Of a stretch of DNA of 64,000 nt, positions 29,777-40,684 are shown in pieces; positions within the stretch are counted from its first letter, which is position 1, and each line of letters opens with the position of its first letter. The position numbers and the translations under genes were made by a program. Origin of the DNA: an uncultured delta proteobacterium (GTDB taxonomy: Bacteria; Desulfobacterota; BSN033; UBA1163); contig CAWHBU010000003.1 in the NCBI GenBank assembly GCA_963827685.1, positions 288,001 through 352,000 on the forward strand, read 5' to 3'. The notes under the pieces are model-generated. The model searched no databases. It was given only the letters and a program-made list of their open reading frames with translations, and had not been told where the DNA came from.

Positions 29777-30858
29777 TGGAAAATTCTCTTTACGAAGAAC
29801 GTTTAAAATCTGTTCGGAAGATCATGGATTTGAATCAACTGGACGGAATCCTTTTCAGCAGTCTTGAAAATATTCGCTACCTTTGTGGTTTCACTGGCAG
29901 TGATGGTGCCTTCGTGATCACCCAAAAGGAATGCTTCTTTCTTACAGACTCTCGATATTGGACCCAATCCGAAGAGGAGGTTCGGGAATCTCAGATCGTC
30001 CATTATAAAAAGAAAATGGAGGGGATTAACTCTCTCCTAACAGACTTAGAATTAAGAAAGATAGGGTTTGAATCTACTTCCTTTCCTTTCTCAGCCCATC
30101 AGTTCCTTACAGAAAGGTTGGCTTCTGATGCAAAGCTTGTCCCTTTAGAGGACGAGACCAAAAATATAAGGGCCCTCAAAGATAGACGAGAACTGGCTTT
30201 GCTCCGAACCTCCATCGAGATCGCATCCAATGCCTTCCTTCACGTCCTGGAATTACTTAAAGAAGGTGCGCTGGAGAGAGAGATCGCTCTTGAGATGGAG
30301 TGGTTGATGAAGCGGAAAGGTGCTGACGCCCTTGGATTTGATATCATCATCGCCTCTGGGAAACGATCGGCTCTCCCCCATGGAAAGGCAAGTGGCAAAC
30401 AAATCGAAAGAGGGGATTTTATCCTGATCGATTTCGGCGCAGGATTTCAAGGTTACCATTCCGATCAGACACGCACGGTGATCTGTGGCAACCCCTCTTC
30501 AGAACAGCAAAAAATCTATCAAATCGTCAAAGAAGCTCACGATCAAGCGATTGAGAAGATTCGGCCGGGCATCCCCATTTGTGAGGTGGATGGAGCAGCA
30601 AGGGATCACATTCGAAATCACGGCTACGGAGAATATTTTGGTCACGGAACAGGTCACGGTATAGGGCTTGCCGTCCATGAGGCTCCTGTGGTCAACAGTG
30701 AAAACAAGGGGCTCGTTGAGGAAGGAATGGTGTTTACGATAGAGCCTGGCATTTATATACCTGATTGGGGAGGAGTTCGAATAGAGGATATGGTTCTCGT
30801 TACCCCCCACGGGGCAGAAGTATTAACTTATCTTCCTGGTCAAGTGACGGTGATCTAA
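29776..30858 (+). CDS. Xaa-Pro aminopeptidase (M24 family)
   Basis: YLCGFTGS, ALPHG, DFGA..GYHSD, HGTGHGIGL..HE, TIEPG, GVRIED. Confidence 0.92.
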   Translation: MENSLYEERLKSVRKIMDLNQLDGILFSSLENIRYLCGFTGSDGAFVITQKECFFLTDSRYWTQSEEEVRESQIVHYKKKMEGINSLLTDLELRKIGFESTSFPFSAHQFLTERLASDAKLVPLEDETKNIRALKDRRELALLRTSIEIASNAFLHVLELLKEGALEREIALEMEWLMKRKGADALGFDIIIASGKRSALPHGKASGKQIERGDFILIDFGAGFQGYHSDQTRTVICGNPSSEQQKIYQIVKEAHDQAIEKIRPGIPICEVDGAARDHIRNHGYGEYFGHGTGHGIGLAVHEAPVVNSENKGLVEEGMVFTIEPGIYIPDWGGVRIEDMVLVTPHGAEVLTYLPGQVTVI

Positions 30859-31011
30859 AGAGGTCTCTTTGAGAGACCTCTGATTTTGAAATCTGTGTAA
30901 TCAAAAGAACGCATAGTAGTGGTTTAAGCTCTCTTAAAAATTCCCTTGACAAGTCTCAATCGTTTCTTATATTTTGAATTTTGAGTATTGATTGATTTTA
31001 GAAAGGATGAG

Positions 31012-31087
31012 GCGGGCATAGCTCAGTTGGTAGAGCATCGGCTTCCCAAGCCGAGGGTCGCGGGTCCGAACCCCGTTGCCCGCTCCA
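31012..31087 (+). tRNA. tRNA-Gly(CCC)
   Basis: GCGGGCATAGCTCAG...TTCCCAA...CGCTCCA; T-loop reads TCCGAAC. Confidence 0.95.
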
Positions 31088-31286
31088 AATTTTTTCTGAG
31101 CAATCTTTCATGACGGTTACGTCACCCTTGAACAAAGAAAATTCAAATCCCCCCTCGCCCCCTTTAGAAAAGGGGGGTTGGGGGGATTTGAAACTTATTT
31201 TCTGAGCGAGTGATTTTGTGCTTGCTTTTTAGAAACTATTTTGTATACTTAATACCTAAATCACTTCAGAAGGAGGAGGAAAGAAT

Positions 31287-31589
31287 ATGGCAGGAAAGAA
31301 ACCCCTTACTAAGGCCCAAATCGTTTCATATTTTGCGAAGAAGTTCGACCTTTCAAAAAAGGTCGCTTCCTCAGTCATTGACGAGATGGCAGCATTAGCC
31401 ATCGCCGAAACCAAAAAGGCAGGTGTCTTCACCTTTCCCGGGGTCGGCAAACTCGTCCTGGTTAGACGTAAAGCACGCGTCGGAAGAAATCCGGCCACGG
31501 GCGAGCCGATCAATATCCCAGCCAAGACCGTAGTGAAGATGCGTGTCGCTAAGGCTTGCAAGGAAGCGATCGTTCCACCCAAAAAATAA
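31287..31589 (+). CDS. HU-family DNA-binding protein
   Basis: RKARVGRNPATGEPINIPAK motif. Confidence 0.92.
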   Translation: MAGKKPLTKAQIVSYFAKKFDLSKKVASSVIDEMAALAIAETKKAGVFTFPGVGKLVLVRRKARVGRNPATGEPINIPAKTVVKMRVAKACKEAIVPPKK

Positions 31590-31689
31590 ATATATTAAAC
31601 TGGACACAAGCGAGCTGAATTGAGGACTCTTCTGTAGAAAGGGATTTCTATATCCATAATTCTATGGATATTTGAATCTTACTGACAAA

Positions 31690-31726
31690 TTTACAGCGGG
31701 GACGAATTTGTTTCCCCGCTGTAAAA
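31690..31726. terminator. bidirectional terminator
   Basis: TTTACAGCGGGGA..TCCCCGCTGTAAAA between convergent genes. Confidence 0.75.
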
Positions 31727-31836
31727 GGTTCTAATGGGAAGAACCTTTCTTTCTTCCGACTTTGAGAGAGCGTGTATGCGTGCGGGCCGGGCATTCGACT
31801 GATAAGGGTCCCTCGATCAAATCTTTATTGATCTCT

Positions 31837-33282
31837 TCATTCATAAATCAGATTAAAAAGTTTGTTAGCCAGCTCCTTATCCAGTTCCTTCAGAATTTTA
31901 TATTCCTCGATAGCAGATCCCCTGTCATCCAGCTTCAAATAGGACATGCCCAAGTTGAGATGGGCTTCAGCCAAGGAAGGCTTCAGCCGGACGGCCTGCT
32001 TGTAAGAGTCAATCGCCTCCTCGAATCGTCCCGTATGAAAATAAGCTGCCCCTAAGTTTAAGTGCCCTTCTGCATAATCAAATTTGATGCGAATGGCCTC
32101 CTTGTAGGAATCGATGGCTTCTCTGTATTTCTTCAGGGCAGAATAATTATTACCAAGATTATAATGAGCCAGAGCGAAGCCAGGTTTGAGGCGAATGGCC
32201 TCTTTACACGACTGGATAGCCTCCTGATAACGGCCAAGTCTTTGATACGACCATCCCAAATTATTATGAGATTCGGCGAGATCGGACTTAAGCTGGATGG
32301 CTTGTTTGCAGGATTCAATCGCCATGTCATAGCGACCAACCATCCCATACGCGGCGCACAGATTATTATGAAAGTCGGCATCCTTGGGGTTGATGCGAAT
32401 GGCTTGTCGATAAGATCCGATGGCCTCTTTGTATTGTCCCAGTCTGGCCAAACAATATCCGATCTGGAAATAGGCCTGAGCATGCTCCGGGTTTCTCTTG
32501 ACCGTCTCAACAAAATAGGGGAAAGCTTTCTCATAGTCCTCCGCCCAGAGGAGACGAAGCCCGATGGCGTAAAGTCCTTCTGCTGAGGCAAGCCAATCTT
32601 TTATTCTCCCTTCTTCCCGCTCCGAAAGGGTTTCTCCTTGACGGATGGCCAACCTAACTATTCTCTCCCCAGGAATGGCAAAATTGAGGTTCTGACCTGC
32701 CACGACAAAAAAGGTGGCAACCCCGATCACTTCCCCTCTCATGTTGATCACGGGACTGCCACTTGACCCTGGGGATATGGGAGCGGTTACCTGAATGATG
32801 TTCCCAAATCCAGGGGTTTCCCTCACGGCAGAGACGATGCCATCTGAAACTGTTTTATCCAGTCCGAGAGGCGTTCCAATGACTACGATCTTTTCCCCTG
32901 CTTCGGGCAAGGTGGTGATGATTGACAAAGGGCGCGCAGTTTCTTTGGGAATATTGACTGAGACCTGGATAAGATCTCCTACTTTGTCTTCGGCTACTAC
33001 CTTTTCAACCGGGTACTCCTTCCCATCATTTGTTCTGATGACCGCGCGGTTTGCCTCCTGAAGGACATGAGAGTTCGTGATCACATCTCCTTCCTTATTA
33101 ATAAAAAAGCCACTTCCTTGACCAAGAATTTTCCCTTCCTGGTCATAAGTCACAATAACAACGATCGAGGGTGCCACTTTTTTTATTAGAACAGGCAGGT
33201 TCTCCTGGCCCGGTGCCGAAGAAACAGTTAGAATGAAAAAGAGAAAAAACACTTTGAAGATTAAATGGCGAGATCTTCTCAT
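31837..33282 (-). CDS. secreted trypsin-like serine protease with TPR repeats
   Basis: GSGFF, TNSHV, ISPGSSGSP; about seven TPRs. Confidence 0.9.
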   Translation of the reverse strand: MRRSRHLIFKVFFLFFILTVSSAPGQENLPVLIKKVAPSIVVIVTYDQEGKILGQGSGFFINKEGDVITNSHVLQEANRAVIRTNDGKEYPVEKVVAEDKVGDLIQVSVNIPKETARPLSIITTLPEAGEKIVVIGTPLGLDKTVSDGIVSAVRETPGFGNIIQVTAPISPGSSGSPVINMRGEVIGVATFFVVAGQNLNFAIPGERIVRLAIRQGETLSEREEGRIKDWLASAEGLYAIGLRLLWAEDYEKAFPYFVETVKRNPEHAQAYFQIGYCLARLGQYKEAIGSYRQAIRINPKDADFHNNLCAAYGMVGRYDMAIESCKQAIQLKSDLAESHNNLGWSYQRLGRYQEAIQSCKEAIRLKPGFALAHYNLGNNYSALKKYREAIDSYKEAIRIKFDYAEGHLNLGAAYFHTGRFEEAIDSYKQAVRLKPSLAEAHLNLGMSYLKLDDRGSAIEEYKILKELDKELANKLFNLIYE

Positions 33283-33665
33283 GTCTATCTTAACGAAGCG
33301 CTCTTAACATGAATAATATGCTTTTATTAAAATTGAAAAATATCTACAACGTGGGACAATATCTCCCGACTGACGTCGGGACACATTCACCCTCCCGGTT
33401 GAAGCCTGGGGTCTCCTGTTGCCGGGGTAAATACCGTCGCACCACCTCTTCACCTTAACGTCGCATAGAACCGTTCCAAAAGGCGGCTGGGTGTGTTGGA
33501 AAACCTTTACAGCGGGCACCTCTTAGCGTTGTTCTACTGCTTTTCCAAGTGTATTGCAGAAGTCACCTTAGTGGATATTGTATGTTGCCCATAAAACATT
33601 TCAAAAACCCGCTTGGTAAAGGTTGGGAAGTACACCCAACCGCCTTTTCAATGCAACATTAAGGT

Positions 33666-34760
33666 TTATTTGAGGATTTTTTTGATGGCTTTGATGAATC
33701 TGCGGTTATCCTCCATCCTTCCAACGGTCACCCTGGCAAAAGTGGGATAGCCCCATATCCCACCAGGACGAATGATGACTCCTTCCCTCAGAAGTGCCTG
33801 AAAGATCTCTTCCGAATCTTTTTCAAAATCGAGGAAAATGAAGTTGGCCTGGCTGGGGACGTAGGGAAATCCCATCTTATCCAGTTCTTTGTAGAGATAC
33901 CTCTTCCCTTCGTAAACCAATTGAATTGACCTGATGGCATGATCTTCATCTTTTAGTGCAGCCACTGCAGCCACTTGTGCCAGCCGATGGACAGGAAAAG
34001 GATCCCTCACCTGATAAAGGCAATCCACTAAGTCTTCCTTTCCCAAGGCATAACCAATCCTCAACCCGGCCAGCCCATAGACTTTGGAAAAGGTTCGAAG
34101 GACGATGATCTGTTTCCTTTCTTTGATACAGTCCAAACCATTTGGGTAAAAGGCATCTTCCACAAAATCTCCGTAAGCCTCATCCAACACAACGACAACA
34201 TGCTTTGGAAGGTGGGCAAAAAAATAGTTGAACGCCCCTACGGGAACAGTCGTACCGGTCGGGTTATTTGGATTGCAAATAAAGACTAATTTTGTCTTTC
34301 GGTTGACCTTCTTTAGCATCGCATCCAGATCATGCGTAAAGTCTCTCAACTTCACCTTGATTGGTTTTCCGCCCATAATCTGGGTCACATTGGTGTAGAC
34401 CGGGAAAGTGGGATCCGCCATCACCACTTCATCCCCTTCGTCCACAAAGGCATTCGCGATCATGAGAATTAAATTGTCCGCACCATTAGAGATCACAACC
34501 CTTCTTTCAGGAATTGAAAACTTTTGGGCCAGTGTTTGTCTCAAAACTGTACAAGGGCCTTCCGGGTAAAGATAGATTTTTGATAGTTCCTTCCGGATGG
34601 CTGCCAATGCCTTTGGAGAGGGACCAAGCAGATTCTCATTCGAGGCAAGTTTCGTCCACCTTTTTGCCCCGAACTCCTTTTGAACCTCCTCAATCGACTT
34701 CCCAGGGCTATAGGACATTATATTCAGGATCCCTTTTCTTGCCAGCTTTTCGATTTTCAT
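33666..34760 (-). CDS. hisC: histidinol-phosphate aminotransferase
   Basis: KLASNEN, CNPNNPTG, LDEAY, RTFSKVYGLAGLRIGY. Confidence 0.9.
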   Translation of the reverse strand: MKIEKLARKGILNIMSYSPGKSIEEVQKEFGAKRWTKLASNENLLGPSPKALAAIRKELSKIYLYPEGPCTVLRQTLAQKFSIPERRVVISNGADNLILMIANAFVDEGDEVVMADPTFPVYTNVTQIMGGKPIKVKLRDFTHDLDAMLKKVNRKTKLVFICNPNNPTGTTVPVGAFNYFFAHLPKHVVVVLDEAYGDFVEDAFYPNGLDCIKERKQIIVLRTFSKVYGLAGLRIGYALGKEDLVDCLYQVRDPFPVHRLAQVAAVAALKDEDHAIRSIQLVYEGKRYLYKELDKMGFPYVPSQANFIFLDFEKDSEEIFQALLREGVIIRPGGIWGYPTFARVTVGRMEDNRRFIKAIKKILK

Positions 34761-35210
34761 CTTCGTCTTCCTTTCCTAAGTTATAAACAAAATCTTTAAA
34801 ACAAACTTCGAATACTTGTCAACGAAATATTAAGGCCGAAAAATAGACATTGAAAAAGGATTCTTCCGGCTTTGGTGTGGGTGGCACCCCCCTCTTGTAA
34901 CCCACCTCAATTCCCCCCTTAAATTAAGGGTACCCCCCTTCATCCCCCCTTAACCTAAGGGGGGAATAGAGGGGGGTTACAACGGCGACGGAAGTTGAGG
35001 CGCAATCAGACTGATGCGGAGAAGACCCCCTGGGCACACCTGCAAAACAGGTAACCCCACCCAGCCTGCCCCTCAGATAAGAGAAGACAACCCAAAAAAA
35101 ACCGGAGGAGCTATTTTTGGGTAAAACCTTGCGTTAACGAAGAAAATTAAATGAGGGATTAAAGGGAAGCAGAAAAGGCAAAAACGCCACCGAACGGGTC
35201 AAGATAGAAA

Positions 35211-38200
35211 TTATTCCTCCCTGGATGCCATGGTCTCGGCAACCACATTCAAAATCTGGTTAAAATCGAAGGGCTTGGAAATAAAAAAGTCAATACCATA
35301 CTCCTCCACTTCGTCTTGATTCTTCTCAACCCGCCATCCCGTAATCATTCCTACGGGCGTGTGAGGGCTTGTCTCTTTAATCATCCTACATACCTCCCAA
35401 CCCGACATCCCGGGCAATCCCAAATCAGTCAGAACGATATCAAATTTCCCCTCTTTAAAGATCTGAACACCCTTTTCTCCATTCTCTGCCACGGTTACCT
35501 GATGGTTGGCTTGAGCGAGAGTCCGAGAAAGGACACTTCGGACAAACTCATCGTCATCGATCACCAGGATGACAGCTTGCTTTGCCTTCTTGATAGGTTG
35601 CGGAGAAACTACTCCTGCTTTTTCCTCCCTTCCAATGGGCAAAATGATTGTAAAGGTCGTTCCCTGTCCAAGTCTGCTTTCAATTTCAATCTCTCCTCCA
35701 AACCTTTTGATGATCCCGTAAGACATGCTTAATCCCAACCCTGTGTTAGTGAATGGTTTCGTTGTAAAAAAGGGCTCAAAAATCTTCCTTTTCTCCTCTT
35801 CTCCTATCCCAATCCCTGTATCTGAAATCTGGATAAAGACACCCCTTCTTTTCTTAAACGAACGAATTTCAATCTTCCCCCCTTCGGGCATTGCCTCAAT
35901 CGCATTGAAAATCATATTGGTGATGACTTCCCTCAACTCAGACGCATTCCCTGAAGCGGGAGGAATCTCCTCAAGATTTGAGACCATTTCAATACGGATT
36001 CCTCTGCTTTGGGGCTCGTCTTTCCATTTCGGTTTGGTCATCTCCATTGAATCTTTAATGATTGAGTTGACGTCGACCTTAAAAAGTTCCTGACCAACCC
36101 GTTTCCTCGTAAAGTCCTGAAGCCTTCGAACCGTCTGGCCGCTATCCTTGGCCACTTTTTCGATGATCTCCAAAGTCCCCTTTAACTCCTCGTCATGAGT
36201 GGTATAAAGTAGAAGTTGAGTATTTCCGAGGATAGCGGCTAAGGCGTTGTTGAAATCATGGGCAACCCCACTGGCCATCTCTCCTACCGCCCGGAGCTTC
36301 TCAGCCTGGAACAACTGTTCTTCCATCTTTTTCTTCTCGGTGATGTCCCGCAAAATCCCTCTAAATCCTATCGCTTTACCTGATGCATCTTTTTGTAACG
36401 ATACAGATGCCTCAACGTGTCTTTTGGTCCCATCTTTCCTGGTAATCTCCCAATCAAATACTTTTCCGGGTTCCCCTGTTCTGTAGACTCTATTAAAAGT
36501 CTGAAACAGTCTCGTTGCGCTCTCTTGATCTGTCAACTGCCGGTCATTCATGCCCATCAATTCCTGTTTGGGGTACCCATATATTCGACACAATGAATCG
36601 TTGAAAAAGGTTAGGTTACCGGCAAGGTCCACTTCGTAATAACCGTCTTCGATACTCTCAATAATGGTTCGATATTTCTCCTCACTCTGCCGCAGTGCCT
36701 CCTCCGCCCGCTTGCGCTCGGTGATATCCCGAGAAATACCTCGGAATCCGATCGGTTTGCCTTCTGAATTCCTTATAAGAGATACCGATGTTTCGTAATT
36801 CAATTTCGTCCCGTCTTTTCTGGTAGCTTCCATACCTAATGCGGTAACCGGTTTACCTGTTCTGTAGACCCCGTTATAGAGTTCATGCAGTTTTCTGGCA
36901 TCTTCTTCTTCTTCTGTATATCGCCGGTAGTTCATTCCGATCAATTCCTCTCTGGTATATCCGAGATGTCTGCAGAGCACATCATTAAAGAAGGTAAGAT
37001 TACCAGAAAGGTCATCCTCAAAATAGGCCTCCTGGACGTTCTCAAGAATGGTTCGATATTTCTCCTCGCTCTGGCGCAGCGCCTCTTCGGCTTTCTTGCG
37101 GTCGGTGATGTCTAACATTGTCCCTATGACCGCAGGTCTTCCCTGATACATAATACGGGAACCGAAAACTTCAACGTTTCTTATTTCCTGGTTCTTCGTA
37201 ACAATTCTAAATTCATAATGGATGGACTCTTCTTCACCTTTGATCCTTTTGCCGATGTTTCCCTCCACGATTGATAAATCTTCGGGTAAAGTCGTTTGTT
37301 TTGGTCCCATTTTTTCGACCATTTCCTCAATCTTGTAACCGTGTATATCCCCAACCCGTGAATTGACATATTTGAATACACCATCCTGTATTAGGTAGAC
37401 ACCAACGATTGAATTCTCGACCAAACTTCTGAACTTATTCTCAGATTCACGCAGGGCGTCTTCCATCCGTTTGCGCTCCGTAATGTCGCGCGTGATCCCC
37501 CGGAACCCAACCGGCACTCCTTTGGCATTCCTGATTAAATAAACGGAACTTTCGACAACAGCTTTCTTACAATCACTTCTTGTAATTTCCCATTCGAATA
37601 CTTTTCCTGGCTGGCCGGTTTTGTACACCTGATTAAATATTTCATATACTTTTTTGGAAGTTGCCTCATCCATATATTGTCTATTGCTCATCCCCAGCAT
37701 TTCCTCTTTGGAAAGTGCGTGCATCTTACGCAACGCCTCATTGAAGAAGGTAAATCTCCCTTTGAGGTCAACTTCATAGTAGCCTTCTTCCATGGTCTCC
37801 AGAAGAGTTCTATATTGTTCTTCCCGTTCGCGCAGGGCCTCTTCCACTCTCTTGCGCTCGGTGAGATCATTGTAAATGGCCAGGATTCGGTTGGAGACAA
37901 AGGTCCCCATCTGCTCCACGTAGCGGGTTGTGCCATCTTTACACGTAATGGTTATTTCTATAGGCCTGATCTCTTTGCCTTGCTTCTGTGTCTCGGTGAG
38001 CATGGCGACAAGGGAAGGGACCGTCTCACGGTAGGCTGGGTCTGGATAGGCCAGACGGCGCCACTCAGCGATGGTTGGAATGTCGTCAACGATGTAGCCG
38101 AAGAGTTGACGGAACTTTCGGTTGGTATATTTGATGTTCCCTTCCATATCTGCCCAGGAAATGCCTATTGGTGAGGCATCCACCAGGGCCTGGAGTCTAT

Positions 38201-39340
38201 TCTCGTTTTCGCGCAGTGCCTCCTCCGCCTTCCTGCGATCCGTGATGTCTTTCAGGAAGACGATGATGTTTACGTCTCCTTTCGAATCTTTGATAGCGCT
38301 AGCGCTGATCTCCGCATTCCTGACCCCTCCATCTTTATGAAGAATATTTAATTCAAAATGAGGCGGTAATTTGATCCCTCTCGCTCGCTTTTCCTCCCGA
38401 TCCGCCAGCAAGGTCCTGCTCTCTTCATCCAGAAGATTTCGAAAATCCGTTCCGACTAACTCCTCCCTGCGATAACCCTGGATCCCTGCAAACCTCTCAT
38501 TGACATATTTAAAAAGATAATCTCTTCCAATCACGCCGACGCCATCGATGGCGCTCTCAACCACGGTTCTGTATTTTTCTTCGGATTCTCTCATTTCATT
38601 GAGCAGAAGCGAATTCTCAAGAGCCAGACCAATCTGACTCCCAATGCTCTCCAATGAATCGACCTCACTTTGGCTAATTTTGCGGGGAGATCGAGTCGAA
38701 AAGATAATCGCACCGATGGCTTTCCCTTTAGCCAGAAGAGGAATGCCCACCACTGTCTGAACCCCTTCTTCTCTCAGAATAGGAGCGAACCGGGGGGATG
38801 GATATTCACGGATGGAGACAATGACTGGCTGTCTTGAGCGGATGGCTTTTCCAGAAACCCCTTCGCTAAATTTTAGAACTTTCACCTCCTTAAGCATTGC
38901 AGGGGAGTGTCCGATTTGAGATTTCATCTCAAGAATATCTCCCGATTCGTTCAATAGAAAGACCGCTCCCATTTCGTACCCTGTCAAACTTGCCACCTTC
39001 TCTAAGATAATAGGAAGGATGACATCCAAACCTCCTAAGTTCTGATTGATCAGATCCCCTATCTCATAAAGGGTTTCGAGTTCCCTGGTTCTCTGAACCA
39101 GCTCCTCCCCCCCTCCTTAGACAACCGTCTGATTGGAAGGATCAACTTCCTTGTTAAGAAAAAGCTGAAGAGGATTCCTAAAATCAGGACAACCCCCTCC
39201 ACTGCAATAAAGGATCTCTTTAGGTCCTCATGGTAGATCTGAAAGATGCTCAAACATGCGATGACCAGTGGGGTGACGGTAAAGAGAGTTAAGAGAACCG
39301 TCCATTTCAAAGTGAGACTTTTCCTTATCCTCTTTAACAT
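35211..39340 (-). CDS. hybrid histidine kinase (TM, GAF, multiple PAS, HisKA/HATPase, receiver) with a frameshift at the G7 run near its 5' end
   Basis: 1272-aa ORF with VAHDFNN, NAIEAM, GLGLS and REC motifs; the upstream TM ORF (ATG 39340) joins across 39107-39113. Confidence 0.85.
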
Positions 39341-39522
39341 CAATTTACTTCTCCCTTTAAGAATCGATTTAATTCTGATTGGAGAATCCTCCACCCCTTC
39401 CCAGCCTTAATTGCCTTGATCCTACCGAGACGAATATACTTCAAGAAGGTTGGTTTGGAGATCTTCAGATAATCAATGGCCTCATCAGTTGTTAAAACCA
39501 CATCTCTTTCCATTAAAGACAT
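39340..39522 (-). CDS. excisionase-like HTH (HTH_17) DNA-binding protein
   Basis: LTTDEAIDYLKISKPT...G.IKAIKAGKGWRI; TGATG coupling to the kinase gene. Confidence 0.85.
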   Translation of the reverse strand: MSLMERDVVLTTDEAIDYLKISKPTFLKYIRLGRIKAIKAGKGWRILQSELNRFLKGEVN

Positions 39523-39853
39523 TGAATTACCTCCATTTGTTTTGATTTTCATGTATTTAAAGCAAAATATATGCCGAGGAGAAAGTGTAAGGATGTCGGT
39601 TCGATAACTATTTGATTTCTAAGCATAGCCTCAATCTTTTTGAGAGGGATCAAATATTTAAAACGACCCCTTAGAATCGACAAATTGTCAAAGTCAGAAA
39701 AATTGTTGTAATACTCTCGAAAAGAGTCTTCCCGATAAACCACAAGGAGAGGTATGGGGATTTATTTGAACCAAATTCTGTTCGGAGGCTTTGATAGTAA
39801 ATAAGATGTTAAATTAAGGAAGATTTTATGGAAGAAAAAAATATGAGCGGCCG

Positions 39854-40354
39854 TTACATTTTAAATTTTCCGAAGTCTTCTGGCTTCATATTCTCGATGA
39901 TCGTTTTAAGTTCATCCCCCTCCTCTAAAAGATTGGAGGCAAGAATCCCCATCTGTTTTGTCGCCTCAATGACTGTTTCTGCAACAAAGATGGGAGCCTT
40001 CACCCTTACCGCTAAAGCGATCGCATCGCTGGGACGGCTATCCACAATCATTTCTTCCCCTTCCACGTTCAGGTAAAGATTGGCATAAAAGGTATTTTCT
40101 TTTAAGTCATGGATAACCACCCGATTGACAGTCACTTGAAATGTATCTAAAATCTGTTTCATGAGGTCGTGTGTCATGGGACGAAGTGTCATCACTCCTT
40201 CGAGGCCTCTCGAAATGGCTTCCGCCTCGAAGACGCCGATCCATATCGGCAGAGCCTTCTGTCCAGAAAGATCTACTAAAACGACAACGGGGTTTGAGGC
40301 CTTGGGATCCACCACGATACCCATCACTTTAACTTCCATCAATCCTTTTTCCAT
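39854..40354 (-). CDS. bifunctional nuclease family protein (DUF151)
   Basis: LPIWIGVFEA, RPMTHDL, DSRPSDAIALA. Confidence 0.92.
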   Translation of the reverse strand: MEKGLMEVKVMGIVVDPKASNPVVVLVDLSGQKALPIWIGVFEAEAISRGLEGVMTLRPMTHDLMKQILDTFQVTVNRVVIHDLKENTFYANLYLNVEGEEMIVDSRPSDAIALAVRVKAPIFVAETVIEATKQMGILASNLLEEGDELKTIIENMKPEDFGKFKM

Positions 40355-40684
40355 ATCAGTCCTTTTAGAAATTTGAAGTTTAACGGACCCTCTGGCCTAA
40401 ACGCACTTCACAAACTCCGCCTGACGGGTTCTGAAATTCAATCCTATTTTAACCTGTGAGATAGGGATGTCAACCCCACCTCCTGAGATTTCTGAGAAAG
40501 CCCAGGAACCTCTGATGACATATCTACCTGCAGGGTGGCAGGGATGACGAAACGATTACACAGACAAGCATGCGTTACGGCACGCAGGCATGGTTTCCTG
40601 CGCAGGCGGATGGAAGAAGTCTGAATCGGATGTAGATAGAATTTAAATCAAACCCTTTTCCTGCCTATCGTTCCTGTTCTCTAC

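Noticed and set aside
39340-39522. Excisionase as evidence of a prophage or ICE
   Set aside because: No integrase or att site nearby; the gene is coupled to a kinase, so it is more likely a regulator
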